From NCBI RefSeq assembly GCF_006345805.1, contig NW_021829832.1, positions 558,001 through 622,000 on the forward strand: a DNA stretch of 64,000 bases, in the 5' to 3' direction. Made by a program: the position numbers and the translations under genes. The notes beneath the pieces are model-generated. The model did no database searches. It saw only the letters and a program-made list of their open reading frames with translations, and was not told the DNA's origin. The number at the start of each line of letters is the position of its first letter. Within the stretch, counting starts at the first letter, position 1. Of the stretch, positions 25,159 to 38,798 are shown piece after piece. The stretch is from Octopus sinensis (taxonomy: Eukaryota).

Positions 25159-26916
25159 AAAAGAGCTAACAAACGTAATCAAAATATAAAATGACTAATT
25201 CATTATAAAAATGCAAAACTATCATTTGGAGTACAGTAAACATCGGTTAATTGCATAACATTTGTCCACGGAAAATCTTATGCAATTAACCGATATATGC
25301 AATTAACCGATGTTTTTTAATAAAAATCAATAATTTTTTAGTAGTCAAGAAAAGAAAATAATCAAAAACGTTTAAAAAAATCATTAATTTTGGACTGTCT
25401 AGTCTCTGGCAAAGGCGTAGGACGCTTTTTTCTAGTTCATAGAAGTTGTCCATATCCATTTCACTTGTTAAATCGCTGTTAGTAAGAAACTGCGTATTAA
25501 TCTGCATGTACCCATAACTTCCGAACTGGTGTTTTCACGGGTATGGGACATGTGTAATAATAATTAAATTTTAAAATTACAATTATAATGCAATAATTAT
25601 TATAATTATAATTACAAATTCTAGACGAAACAGGATCCAACGAGACTCGTCATCTTTTCCAAAGAGTCCGAGGGAACTGCCAGGCCATCTTATGCGCCGG
25701 CAGTTCAAAATAACTGCTTGGCTTTTTTTCTTGAATTGATAAGTTTTATTTCAAAAAAAAAATTATGCAATTATGCGAAAATTTTTATAAGAAAAAATAG
25801 TAAATGTTCCCCATGAGAGTATGCAATTAACCGATTTATGCAATTAACCGATATGCAATTAGCTGATATTTTTTCAATGGAAACCATATAAGTTATGGTT
25901 TTAAACATGAATTTATGCCATTAACCGATTATGCAATTAACCGATATGCCAATTAACCGATGACTACTGTATTTAGGCCATGATTAAATGTATTATTGTT
26001 TTTCTGTATCAAAGGGTAACTTTGAAAAAAATAACAAGTTCCATTTAATTTGTTTTTAATTATAATTAATTAATTCATTTGTTCGGTTTTACTTGCATTA
26101 TTTTTCTGGTTCAATAAATAAATAAATTGGGCTGATCAAAAGCCATAATCTTTAATTCCACTCAAGGTCTTTTGCCTCGACCATCCCAGCTTGAAACTAC
26201 AAACTAAAAAAATTAATTGATGAGTCTGATTTTTTAATTGGTTTATGATAAGCACAAGGTTTGAGTTGGTCCAGAAAGACAAGTCAGCACTGAGTATTTC
26301 CATTGAGAGATAGCTAAAGAAGTCAAAAATCTCAGTAGTGCAGCCCTTATAAGTTTGTTTCTAATCTGAGATGATGACAGACGTTGGAGAGTATTGATGG
26401 CTATCAATCATTAAAAAAATTGTAATTTTTATAAAAAAAAGTAAATTTTATCTCTAACAATGTTGAAAAAAGAATTATAAAACCAGCCAAGATTATATTA
26501 AACTCCATAAACGTGTTCCAACAATCATAAGTCAGTCTTTATATTGGACGAGAACATCTTTGTTGTTTATTTTAACTAAAATGCAGAAAATAATTTCTTT
26601 AAGGGAAGGTTTTAAGTACCTCATCATCGAGGATATTCTTGATATATTAAATTTTTAGGTGGATGGTTCTTGGATGACCTTGTCACTTTGGACTTGTTTC
26701 CCATTATTGGCTAGTCATAAGGGAGAAATATTTTCACAATTTAACTGTGTTTTGCTAATTTAAAGTTGGTGTGCAGACAGACAAAACACACCATTCAATT
26801 TTATTTTTAAGATTAATGAATATAAATCTACTGAAGATATTGGATAGCTGCTTACAGCTCTGTTATAAAAAACCGTTTTTTTCAAATACACATTTTTTAT
26901 GACTTTAGCACTTAAT
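25159..26916 (+). repeat. Segmental duplication, copy 2, interrupted by a MITE
   Basis: Matches 20835-21826 once 25234-25969 is removed. Confidence 0.92.
25234..25969. mobile_element. pogo/Tigger-type MITE or deletion derivative
   Basis: TIRs CAGTAAACATCGGTTAATTG / CAATTAACCGATGACTACTG; TA TSD; the empty site is visible in copy 1; repeated ATGCAATTAACCGAT subterminal motifs. Confidence 0.9.
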
Positions 26917-28525
26917 GTTTAATGCAAACTGATAAATTAGTTCCTTTAGCGACATGTTTCTATTCACAACTAAATATTTTAAATTATCATTTAAAATTTT
27001 CAAAATCTAATTTCGTCGGTTTTTTATGCATTGAAAGCATCGATATTGAAAGACTTGATTAACTGTTTGCATATAAGTTTAGGGGAGAAAGACTTTGTCT
27101 ATTTATTCTATAGATTGATCTATATTTTTTCAACGTGGATGAGAGTCTATGGTGACTTGTTAGAATTTTATAGGAATTTCTGTATCAATTTAGAGTAGTT
27201 TGCTTTTTTTGTATCCAAAAACTTTAGACAAACATTCACTGGGATATTCAAGTTTTTTTGGCAATTAGTCATCTGCCTTTTTCTTTTGACTTTAATTAAG
27301 TAATCTGAACATAACCAAGTAAAAAATAATATTGAACACGTTCAAATACCACAGGGTGAGTCAGTCATCTCTTATAGACTAAATTGCCTGGAAAAAATGT
27401 TTTGCTCATTCCTTTCAGTCTCTGCCAAACAGTTTTAGCCCCAAAAACTGAGGTGGTTTTTTCAGATCAAAAATATTTTTACAGAATAGAAGTTTTAATT
27501 TCCGTACAACCGGGAGCTTAACTATTTCATACACTCATTTCTGCGAGAGTATTTCAGGAACTAGTGTTGACTAAACCTACATGATGTTTGGAGTTTTGTT
27601 TATAAATGCAAAATGTGAGCAAATATCCCACAACCAGAAGTTATTTACGTCAAAGGATGTAATAATTTGTAGAATTAACTCGTCCAACCTATAAAAGTGG
27701 GTTTCATATTTTTGAACTGTGTCAAAGATCGTCTCTAGCCTGTAAAATCTTTGAAGAACTATTAATTTAAATTGATCAAAACAAACCAATAGCAATCGTG
27801 AAAGACACTTTTGAAAAAGATCGATAGTATGATTTTGAAAGAACTGTGTTTTAGAAAATCTTAGTACCGATCCTGTTTAAATTTAAAACCAAGTTCTTGT
27901 CCATGCACAACATTTTAATGTGTTTATTAGTCAAATCAGATTAGTGTTAGAATTCTCAGCTACAGATGATTCTGTTGACGTATTTATTACAGCAATTATC
28001 CCACATTTTCTCAACAGAACAGTCCTCCTGTCCCTTCTGCAGACTCTCGTCATAACACAGAGTATGTTCACAGTCCTCCTCTACATCATACAATTGTCAC
28101 ATTATAACCATAATTGGCAGATATCAACAAAAGGCAGGAAAGTAATAACAATACAGGTTTCATTTTATGTTTTTATTTATGCTTCTTTTAAACTTGTCCA
28201 TGTGACAGCTGCTGTTTGGCATGAATATTTTTGTAATTACTGACTTGTGTCGCACTTCCAGCATGTCATTTGAATACTCAGCACCTAAGTGCTCTCAAGT
28301 TACACAGACGTTTCCAAGAAACGTACTTTAGCCATTAAGAGTAACAGAATGTGCCAGCAAATGTAGACCTTCAGTGACCAGCCTATTCCACCTTTCCCAT
28401 TGAATTCAGACATTTCAGGTTGTGTAGGTCCTAATATTTGGGATTAAGTTGGGGTTTAAAACTTCAGTCTTCAATAGCAGTTTATTGACTTTATTTTTAT
28501 TATATGACCAAAAACATATTTATCA

Positions 28526-30409
28526 TTAATAATTATCGTTAAAATTTTTCTTAAAGCCCTGACAATGCTGAGCAAGGTGCCTTATTCGGTCGATCCTCAA
28601 GGAATGGCCAATCATGGAGTTGAAGATATCTCCACAGGCCTACTATGCTTGAATCCAAACATACCTCATTCCAAGTGCTCTTATTTCGTCTGTATTCCTT
28701 CCACTTTTTCTGTATAATTTTGACTGCGACAACTCGTCTAAATTTATCAATTTTCCTCTGAAAATGAGAATTTAAATTTGACTTGATAGGTCAGAATCCC
28801 CTCTGTTTTTTGTTGCCATTTTTTCAGTAAACGTCTGAGCCTCAGACGTCTCACGGCGAGACACTCCTTCTTCTTGGAGTAATGACAGAAAAGGTTACTA
28901 GGAGAATGTATTTCCGCACTGTTTTTTGGATTATTTTTACTGCTCTGTTTTTTATAAAATTCTGCTGTCGCTTTTGTCTCAAGACAAGTTTGAAAAATTT
29001 TTGTATATTTATTGCTGCTCTTTTTCGGATGAACTGGTTAACCTCTCTCTAATAAGTAATAAAGGATGTAACTCCCTCCTTATGGACCGACGCCCTGTGT
29101 CTCCGCCAGTTCCTTTGAATCACTATAGATGCTCTCTTGCGACTAAAAATGTCAATCTGTTTTTTCAAATTCGTCTCCACATCTCGATCACTAAAATCAC
29201 GTGACTCATCTCGACCCAACTCGACATATTCCCCTAACACGATTTGTTTAACTGGTTCCTCCACTATTTGGGGTGAACTTGAGTACTTAACCAAGTGACT
29301 CACCTCGGGACCTCTTCTTCACATTTGAGAGTCAGTCGGTTGATCGTGGTTTGCATGTCGTGGATTTTTCTCAACAAAGCAATCTCCCGATCTTGTAAAA
29401 GGACAATTCTTTCCTCGACAGTGCCTCTCAGACGGATCTTCTTGCCTTTATTGAGGTCAAATAGAACTCCTCACAGTATTTCTGAGCCAATTTGTTCTCT
29501 ACAGCAACGAGGAATAGTTTGTTTGTGGACTAAGTCCATATAACAGTACTACTACCCCCATTCCCAATGTGTCCATCAGTCTTCTCTCTTCTTCAAGTTT
29601 ATCTACGTGTGATGGGCGGGACTTACTTATTTGTGCTTTGAGGACGCCGTTTTCTTGTATGGTTTTGTTAAGTTCGTTTTTTGTGATGGATAAGTCATTT
29701 TTTGCGCCTTCGTAGGTTTTGCTTATTCGGATGAGACTGATTTGGGATTCTGACAGTTTTTCGATCAGTTTTTCTTGTCGGCTTTGGATTTTTGCAGTAA
29801 AAATAACTTTTCTGAATTTTTTTCACTGCCTTCTATTATTTTTTTAAGACGTAGACATTCGTTGTAGTATATCTCCAATTCGAGTCGTAGTTCTTTATTA
29901 TTCACAATTTTGGCATCTGATTCTAATTCCCTAAATTATTATTTTTTAAATATATTTAACAGTATTCTTTCGTCTTTTTTTCGTACTAGTCTTTTTAATT
30001 TAATGATGTTAAATTTGCTTTCTCGCAGTATCTATTTTAGTGGCTACTTTTATCACCTCATCATCCTCTTTGATCTCTCCAGTTTTTTGTTCACCGATGC
30101 CGCATAGTTTTTCAATCTCCAGTCTCTAACAATTAATTTTTTCTTTTCTGTACCTCTTGGTCGCCGTGACGGACCTTTATTTTTAACTCTTTTACAACTC
30201 TGTTTAATTCTGAAATTCTCTTATTATTATTTTTAACTTGAAATACTTTTTTAAGTACAAGAATTTCTTCATCTTTGTCTTCCGAACAGTCTTGACTTGA
30301 ATTTACTTTTTTTGATTGTTTTTCTGACTTGCCTATCGAATGATGATCAGAGAATACATGCTACATCTCCTATGTACTTTCCTGGCTTGATTTTGGATGG
30401 CTTGCTCAT
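28526..30409 (-). CDS. IQCE: IQ-motif coiled-coil protein, IQCE-like, multi-exon
   Basis: EDKDEEILVLKK-RISELNRVVKELK resembles IQCE EDMYDEIIELKK. Long coiled coil. C-terminal AVKIIQKKWKEYRRNKSTWNE-ACGDIFNSMIGHSLR resembles the IQCE tandem IQ region. Start uncertain. Confidence 0.62.
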
Positions 30410-30629
30410 ATTTGTTTGGCTGGTATTTTTCCGTACAAAACGTGTATTTGTGTGAAGAACTCGATCACCATAAAACTGAAGAAATAGTATGTGAGTGGTA
30501 TACAAGAATGTCATAGTCCGATGCTTTGCTGGCTGTTGAAGACATCAATAGTTATGAAACTATAGAAATAATGACTTTGTTTAAACATCATTAGATTTAC
30601 AAAAATAATTATTTATTTATTATTTATTT

Positions 30630-32639
30630 TGCACGATACAGTTAGCGGAAATGATATTCTCGATGCGGTTTTACAAATGCTGACAGAAACGAATATGGAT
30701 ATATCTAAACTTGTTGGAGTTACAACAGATGGAGCTCCCGCGATGATAGGAAACAAAAAGGGGGTGGTGACATTACTTTAAGAGAAAATGAGAAATTTGG
30801 GAAATACGGAAAAGTTAATATTCATTGTATTATCCACAAGAGGTCTTATGTGGAGAAAATATCATTACTAAGGACGTTATGGATATTTTTGTAAAAACTG
30901 TTAACGTATATGTCACATTGGCGACTATGTCGCTATGGGCACCAGTCCTTTTACGTGTTTCTATGAAACCGCAGAAAGGTAAATATTAATATAGCACTAT
31001 ATATGGAAAGTGTAGATTAATCATTATTCTAATTTAAAATACATTTGAATTATCTTTTAAAAATGGCTTACCAGATATTAATTTTAACAGCGTGGTTACT
31101 CACACTTTGTGATGTCTGGGTTTACGGGTTCGTAGAAATATTAACGAATACAATCAAATTAAGGAAGCGTTAATCGGATATTCCCGGAGATATGAATGCT
31201 TGAAGCAAACACCGGTTGCCAAAAAGCTTCCAATTTTTGTCAAAAATGTCTGAAAAATCGTCAGCGGAAACATCATTTAATTTCGAGTTGGGTTAGGTAG
31301 ATTTGAATATTTAGTTGTCACTTGCCACGTTAGGTTTGGGTTAGGGTTAGATTTTAATTTTATGTTGTCACTTGCCAACGTTAGGTTTGGGTTGAAGTAA
31401 GTTAAAGTTGTTACGAAAATGATGTAAATTATAATTTGCTAATGTTGCAATTTATATTACAAATAAAAATAATTCACTTATAATTGCTAAGGTTGTAATT
31501 TTACTATTTTAAAGCAGCATGTTCAAATTAAAAGATCATTTTCTAAAAATTTAAAATTCAATCATAGTTCGCATCGTTCCTTTATATAGTTGGCCTTTTA
31601 GTAATATTTGCTATGTAGTTGCCATGGAAACACGTAAAGGCAGGTTGCATAGGGGTCTGATCACCCATGTGATAATATTATCACGAGCCTTGTATCATCG
31701 TCAGTTTCAGCAGTTTTTGCTGATTATAGAATCCGAATACGGAGATCTAACGTATTTTTTTAAATGTTAGATGGCTAAGCAGGGGATATATGTTGAAACG
31801 ATTGTTTTCATTGCATAATGAAGTACGATTATTCCTTGAAAATAAAAATTTTCGTGATCTTGAATGGCTTTCAAAATTTGCATTTCTGGTTGACATTAAT
31901 TTCCATCTTAATGATTTGAATTTACAAGGAAAAAACCTGCTGATACATGAATTATATTCTCACATTATTGGATTTGAAAATAAGATTAATTTGTGGATTT
32001 GTCAATTCGAAAATCGAAACTTCATTCATTTCACAAATTTAAAAGAAACAAAATCAAATGAGATGTCCATATAGAATTGAAATCCTAGTTCTCATCTCGA
32101 TTTTTAGACTTTAAAGCTCATTAGGACGAATTTAAGATGATTTCTATACCTTTCGATGTAGAAATCAATTCAGCGACTGAAATCTATCAATTGGAACTTA
32201 TAGATTTGCAGTCTGATCACGTTCTTAAAACGATTTTTTATTCAAATCCTTGTAACATTGTGGAATTTTATGAGAAATATGTTCAACCGTGTGGAAAATA
32301 TCCCCTATTAGTAAACCATTTCAAAAAAATGATATCTTTATTTGAAAGTACTTTTGTTTGCGAACAGATTTTCAAAAATGAAAAACACTAAAAACAATGA
32401 TAGAACAAGAATTACAGATAATCATCTTAATGGTGCTTTAATTTTAGCGTCCACGACCTATGCACCTAATATCAATGAACTCTCGAACAATAAACGACAA
32501 TGAAAAATTAAACATCAAATTCAATTAAAATAAAATTTACTCGTTATTTGGTTAAAGTTTTATTCAATTAATTAATATTAGCCTTAAATAAGTAAAAAAA
32601 ATTATCCGGCCCGTGAAGTTGGAAATTCTGCCGACCCTG
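30630..32639 (+). mobile_element. hAT (SPIN/GTF2IRD2-like) transposon, 5'-truncated, decayed, interrupted by a MITE
   Basis: VTTDGAPAMIG, HCIIH, RWLSRG, LAFLVDI..HLNDLN, F.STFVCEQIF motifs; right end TGCCGACCCTG at 32639. Confidence 0.9.
30911..31674. mobile_element. TGT-ended MITE, 'element C', with degenerate GGGTTA repeats; its internal part is homologous to element A
   Basis: Imperfect TIRs of about 100 bp (TGTCACATTGG... / ...CCCATGTGATA) splitting the hAT ORF; 31420-31600 aligns with 14620-14808 + 18691-18705. No clean TSD. Confidence 0.8.
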
Positions 32640-33086
32640 CTTTAGAGGTTTAAATTGTTTTAATTCCAACTTGTTAGAATTTGTAATTCTTAAAGCATTA
32701 GTATATAACCCAGACTGGCTAAACCAAGAACCTCCCACTTGGACCCAATTTGGTAAAAATTAAAAAAATAATTGAAGGCATAGTTGCCCTCGCAGTCGCC
32801 CTATAAAATTGCACGTAAAATATTCTGGAACAGCTAGTAAGTCTTGCGATATTTGCAGATCTTTGAGCAGATGATACGATTGAGGCATGGGAAGATTAAG
32901 ATGTATCCATTAGTGTTAATTAATTATTAATAAGATTAAGGGTTTCGTTAAATTGGTATTTGACCAATTCTTTTTCTAGAAATTCATTTTCCTTTAACAA
33001 CGTGTACATTTCTTTGCTATTTGTTGATTATTTTTTATTTCACCTGATTTGGTATTTTTGAATTTGAGAGATCTCATCAACTTGAG

Positions 33087-34358
33087 TCAAAAGACGTCTT
33101 CCATGACCTGAGACCACTCATATTCCAGCTCAAACTTCAATTCACCGTCCTGCGAGTATACACTTTTTTCAAGCTAAAATAATCCGGATTTTTCAACCTC
33201 TTCAACATCAAACGGAAGTGCCAGTTTCATGACTGAGGGGCCTGCCAATTTAAAATAATGAAATTTGATGGGTCGTTGACTCAATTTAAAATTATTCTTC
33301 CCCTGAACGTAGGGAACAAGACTAATTCTGAAAACCAGCCTCTTGTGTTGTCTACTTGCCAGTTCGTCGATATCTGCTGGACTGATTATTACGTAACATT
33401 TCTGTCCTTCACAATTCAGGGAAACACAAAGTTTGAAAAATATATTGCTCAGAGTGAAAGAGCCATTTTTCAATTTCAATGGGACAGTGTAAAGTGTGAA
33501 AAAGTTCAGAAGGTACAATTCAAACTTGAATGTGTTGGAGACTTTGTCAACGATTTGGAAGACGTTGGCACTCACTTCGTACCCTTCAGAGACCTGGTCG
33601 CTTAATTCCTGACGAAGGACGTTGGATTCAATGTTTTCAGTTCCGGGAAACTTTACTTTATACTCCATAAGGCATCTCTGAGTCGTCGTTGACAGTCGGT
33701 TAATGTTGATCATTATTATGTTTGGCTTTTTTTGAGTCTGGCCAAATGGGTAGACTGATATGTTCCATTTGTATCCGCCATAGTAGAACTTTGAGGTGAC
33801 AAGACAAACTTGTCTTCCGTAGTTAAAATCGGGTTTTTTATCCAATCGTAATTGCTGACTGAGAACTGTCTGAGTGTTGTGTAATTCCAGGCAAAGCAGT
33901 ATCCTGTCTTGACCCACAGTCACATATTTGTGTATATTTCCAATATAAATAAAAGCCTTTCGACATTTTACTGGTGAATTTGAATTGAAAATGCTATTTG
34001 TTTCTCCAAATGAAATGTTATCAGTGTAGTGATCCCTACACTTTATGACACGATGTTACTGAGCTTGGAGGTAAAACTTGAAGTCGACAAGCACTTTGAG
34101 GTGTTGAGATGCGTTTTTAAGTTCAAGGGATGCCCCAATATGTCGATCCGATGCAGGAAATGACACGATCCAGTCTTGGTGACCGACTGTCACTTCCATA
34201 GAATTGTGAACTTGGAGACCGCCAGGAACGCCATGTATCATCGAAAAAGTGAATATTTGGGCCCCGTCCGTAGCTCGAACACACTGACAAAGTTTGAGTC
34301 CGTGAAGGACATTTCTAGATTGTTCTAAAAATTTAATTTTTGCTCAACTTGTTTCCAT
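33087..34358 (-). CDS. MATH/TRAF-like domain protein, 4 exons
   Basis: Three 24-nt introns join METKQSRNVL...DRHIGASLELKN...VDFKFYLQAQ-DHYTDN...SKFYYGGYKWNISVYPFG...FELEYEWSQVMEDVF*. Confidence 0.7.
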
Positions 34359-35130
34359 TTAATTGTATTAGAAAGTCCCGAATGCATTAATGATTCAATT
34401 TAAGGCAATAAAGCCAAATGAGTCAATCGATGTTAATTAAAGGCCGTTAAACCGGGAAATCCAGGACTATTTTAAAATAGTCAAAATTATTTTAAACTAT
34501 GGTCCGTAATAAGTGGACTTAAATAATCGGAAATATTTTTAACTTTTAAAAATGTCACCTGTAGCAAATAAATCATCAAGATCCCGTAAATATATATTTT
34601 TTTTTCTCTATTGCTCATCATTTTTCGGACCGAGCTAAAAACGGCGACTACGAGATTTTTACGAATAAGAGAAATAATCAATATCGTATCTTCTATTGGA
34701 AAAAAAATTTATACAATTTTTAACAATTCATTTAAACAAAAATCTGAATCATTTATTCGAAAAACAAAGATTTTCAGGAAATTAATCATTTAGAGTTTTT
34801 CTATGATCGTTTTTTTATATTTATTGCATTTGTATTGAACTTTCAGGCATATTCACATCAAAATTGTCGTCATGTGAAAAATATTTTTGAGGTCCAAAAC
34901 ACTTTTAATCAGATCTCCTTTAATTTGTTAAAATGAGATTTGAATGATTGAATGACCCCTTGATCCATTGGTTGAAGTTCAGTCGTCGTGTTTTTTGGTA
35001 AATATAAAACGTATATCATACATAATTAGATTGTTATTTTATGAGAGGGACAATGGTCTACAACCAAAGTATCCTACTTTTTATGTAATCTATCCAGATA
35101 ATGATTTCGGAATCAATTGATAAATATCTA

Positions 35131-36093
35131 CAGTGGGCCCAAAAAGTCATGGCACCAGTTAATAAATTTTAGTATTTTACGTTTTTACCCATAAAATATG
35201 AAGTATTCCTCCAAATATATTTGTTATAATTGAGACCAAAAAGTTCAATTTTGGTTTCATCTGACCATAATATGTTCATTATATATTTTAAATCTTTATT
35301 TAAAATATTCTGAGCGAATTTTAGTCGCGCTGATATATGGACTTTTCTTAGTAGAGGAATATGTCGTGCCCTCCTTTTATGAATTCCTTGTTTACGCAAT
35401 GTATTAGTTATCGTAGATAAACCAACTTTGATTCCCACGGTATCTAAATCATCTACCAGCTTGCTTCTAATAATTCTGGGATCATTTGCCACACTCCTTT
35501 TTATCATTGAAAGAGAACGGCTCGATATCTTTTTAGGTGCACCAGACCTCAATTTATTGCAAACATTTCCTCGTTCTTTCCAACGGACTATTATATTCCT
35601 TACTGAACTTTTCGGAATATTGAATTGTCTGGAAATTTGGTTGTAACTTTTTTTTCTTGGTGGGACTTGACGATCATCTGTTTTAGCTCAAAAGAATATT
35701 CCTTCCGATTTCCCATAAAGTAGTGCTAAAAACGGCTGTTTTCGTAATATCAATATTGATAATGCGTTATTAAGTGATAACAAAGCTTTTGTGAAGAAAA
35801 CTTAAAAGAAATAATCTGACAGAATGACATTCTCTTATCATATGCACTTAAACTAAAACTGTAGATATAAAAGTGCCAACACTTTTTGACCCTTCAATAA
35901 CGCTAAAAATTAAAAAAGTTGTTTTTTCTTTGTAAATTATCAATATTTTAAGGATTTAAAATTATTTTCTAAATCAAAATCTTTTTAATTTTTCAAAAAA
36001 AATAATTAAAAGTCAAAATACTTCATATTTTATGGGTAAAAACGTAAAATACTAAAATTTATTAAGTGGTGCCATGACTTTTTGGGCCCACTG
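35131..36093 (-). mobile_element. Tc1-family transposon, internally deleted
   Basis: TIRs of about 77 bp starting CAGTGGGCCCAAAAAGTCATGGCACC; TA TSD; transposase N-half up to ILWSDETKIELFG. Confidence 0.93.
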
Positions 36094-36699
36094 TAAGTTC
36101 CAAAAAACGACAACTTTTTTCCATAAATTGAATTAATTCCAAAAATTTCTGAACTTTTCGATCATAAGTAAATCTAGAGCAATTCCTCATGTTACACAAA
36201 AGGACACGCGGGATAAATATTTTATATTTTAATTTTTAATATTAAAACTTAGCGAGTAAGAGAATTTGGTGAGAAATGGGATTTTCTTTGTAAAAATGGC
36301 ATTTTTTCTAAAAAATGACGAGTTATAGAAATAACGAGCAATCGAGGATAAACTGTATTCTCATAATAAAATTATTAAAACATTAAAAAGTCAAACGTAA
36401 TAGTATTTAGTGGTCGTCAATTCTAAATGGCAATTTTTTAAAATCTTAAGTTACACAAAGATCTATTTGATGCAGAAAAAATTTGAAAAAGAAAACATGA
36501 TGAATATCTAAGTTTCAAAAAAGCAACGACTTCTTTCATAAATTGAATTAATTCTAAAAATTTCTTTACTAACATCAACCTTTTATATTATTATTAACGA
36601 ACACAACAATAAGAGTGCACTGGCTCCTTTCGAGGCAGGCCACCTACAACCCTCTCTGTGTTTATGAATAATGACATGAATAATGACATAAAAATGACA

Positions 36700-36925
36700 G
36701 AATAGGAATGCAACCTTTTATAATATGTATCATTTCGGACAACATGATCTTTTCCCCGATCTTCATAGAAACATCCGGAGCCATAAGCAACAAATCTCTC
36801 AAGAATCAGACAACTGATCTCCACAAGACGAAGAGAGCCTCGGGAGAAGCAATGGCTGTTCCAAAGAATCTTCATTGCGATTCTGAGGGGAAACGTCTTC
36901 TCGATCATTAGTAGTTTTAGATTAA
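36700..36925 (+). mobile_element. CRE retrotransposon 3' fragment
   Basis: FSPIFIETSGAIS...SGEA...SIAILRGN (frameshifted). Confidence 0.7.
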
Positions 36926-37249
36926 AACTAACTTAATAAAAGTTCTGACTTAAAAATAGTAGCATTTTATAAAATAAATTTATAAATTATAATAAAAAAG
37001 TACATAGGTAAAAAATACGAAAAATTGATCTTTAAATATAGAGGAAATCTTGATCTTGCTAATAATTTCAATGATAAGTAATAAAAAGTTTGTCAAAATA
37101 TTTATTTTATAGAAAAAAAAGACAGTTAGAAAAGGAGAAAGATTGTTTAAGACTACGCAGTTTAGGGCGCCCTCCTATCCTCACGGAAAAGATTAATCAT
37201 AATTCAGTCGACGTAGTGACATGAATCAACAACACATCAAATACAATTT

Positions 37250-38010
37250 TCATGGCCGTTTGTTTCGTTTGTAAAATATCAAATACGCGCAAGGAGGATC
37301 GCTCTTGTGCTTTTTGTGGACATCCTTTTTATCTCTCCTGTGTGGGGCTTTCTAAGGCACACTCTTTGTTAATTCCTAATTGAAAGTATCAATAATGTCT
37401 TATGCTTTTCATTAACCCTTGCTGCGTTCGTCCCGCAGCTGCGATTCCTTCTTCCCAGTGCTTAGGTACTGAGTCATTTTTTTGCCTTCTTTTTTCCTTT
37501 CGGTTCTCTTCGCATTTTCTGGTGAGAATCCCTAAGTCAGCGAGGCTATCAGTCAATAAAATCTGATTTCACGAAAATTAGGCTTTCGTTAAATGGCGAT
37601 AAATGTGAAATAGTACGACTTTTGGAGCCACTAACATTTCAGAGTAATGCTTTTATGGTCCTTTTGGAAAGGATTGATGGCTTCCGTCTAACTGCCCTTG
37701 TCTAACTGAAAACCCTGTTGGTGTTCACGCCAGGAGATCACTTGGACTTGACTTTCCGGAGAGTCCTTTCATACACAAGAATTAAGATGTCATCAGGTGT
37801 TCACACCTGTTGGAGAGTCTTCGCTCGCAAGCCGACCTGTTGCATCTAGCTTCCTTGAACTGCACCTGCCAGCCCCACTCGGGGTATTGGCTAAACGCTC
37901 TCCCGTTGGCGCACAACGGTCTACTTTAGGAGGATGAGGCTGTTCGCATCGGAGTGTGTATTTGACTTGGACTTGATTTATGTCAACTGCACTACTGCCA
38001 ATGTGGTTTC
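37250..38010 (+). mobile_element. Degenerate, deleted CRE copy with N-terminal PHD-like finger
   Basis: MAVCFVCKISNTRKEDRSCAFCGHPFYLSCVGL parallels the start of the CRE ORF near 53260; GYWLNALP and AVRIGV-like remnants downstream. Confidence 0.6.
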
Positions 38011-38798
38011 ATGATCCCTTTGTTTTGATCAAAAAATCAAAAAACAATAAAGATGTCATAGAAAAAAATAAACTTTTCCCAAATTGTTGAATACATATAA
38101 CTATATATTGGATGCCACACGCTACAATATAGTTATCAGCTAGGAACGAGAAGACAATGTTAAGGTAGAAAGGAAATGTGTTTTAATTCTTTATTTTTTA
38201 CTTATAGACAATTTAAAACTATTCAATTCTAACATTTCTTGCCGTCTTCTTTTTTTATATCAGCACTTTCAATTAGTTTATTACAAAAAAAGAATTCGGT
38301 CAAGTGTTGAAAGCTTCATGGACGGGAAGCCGACGCGATCGAGAAAGAATTAGAGCGTACTATCGCACTTGGCATAAATTATGAGACTACTGGCTAAATT
38401 TATTTCCTCTCCAGTAATGTTGATCCCATGTCTGTTTTTGACCATCATGCCATGTACTATCTTTAACACGGCTGACTGTACTGGATTTTCGTGTTTTAAA
38501 TTATTAAAGAATCAACATTTTGTGGTTGATATAACTCACTAAACTGCGTATCTTTTCAATTTTCACACTTTTCTGATTACATATTTCACACAGAGAATTC
38601 ACTTCACCACTTGGTTATGAATCATAATCTATGATTTTGGCATAATCTTTGTTAAACAATTTCGCACATTGGGTTGACTTTGTGGGCCGAAGAAAAAAAC
38701 AACCCATATGGCCACATCACTAATTACTGCTTTTAAATATAAAATAAGCACACTCAATAGAATTGCAGATTGCAGCATTTGAGTACAGGAAAGTAATA

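Noticed and set aside
26917-28500. Possible gene or old transposon between the duplication and IQCE
   Set aside because: Only short disconnected ORFs, with no TIR/TSD or domain I could support.
34036-34059. Stop-codon reassignment or readthrough, suggested by in-frame TAA/TGA inside conserved genes
   Set aside because: Each case examined sits inside a GT-AG segment of 24-30 nt whose removal improves or preserves the protein match; normal TAA, TAG and TGA all terminate genes here.
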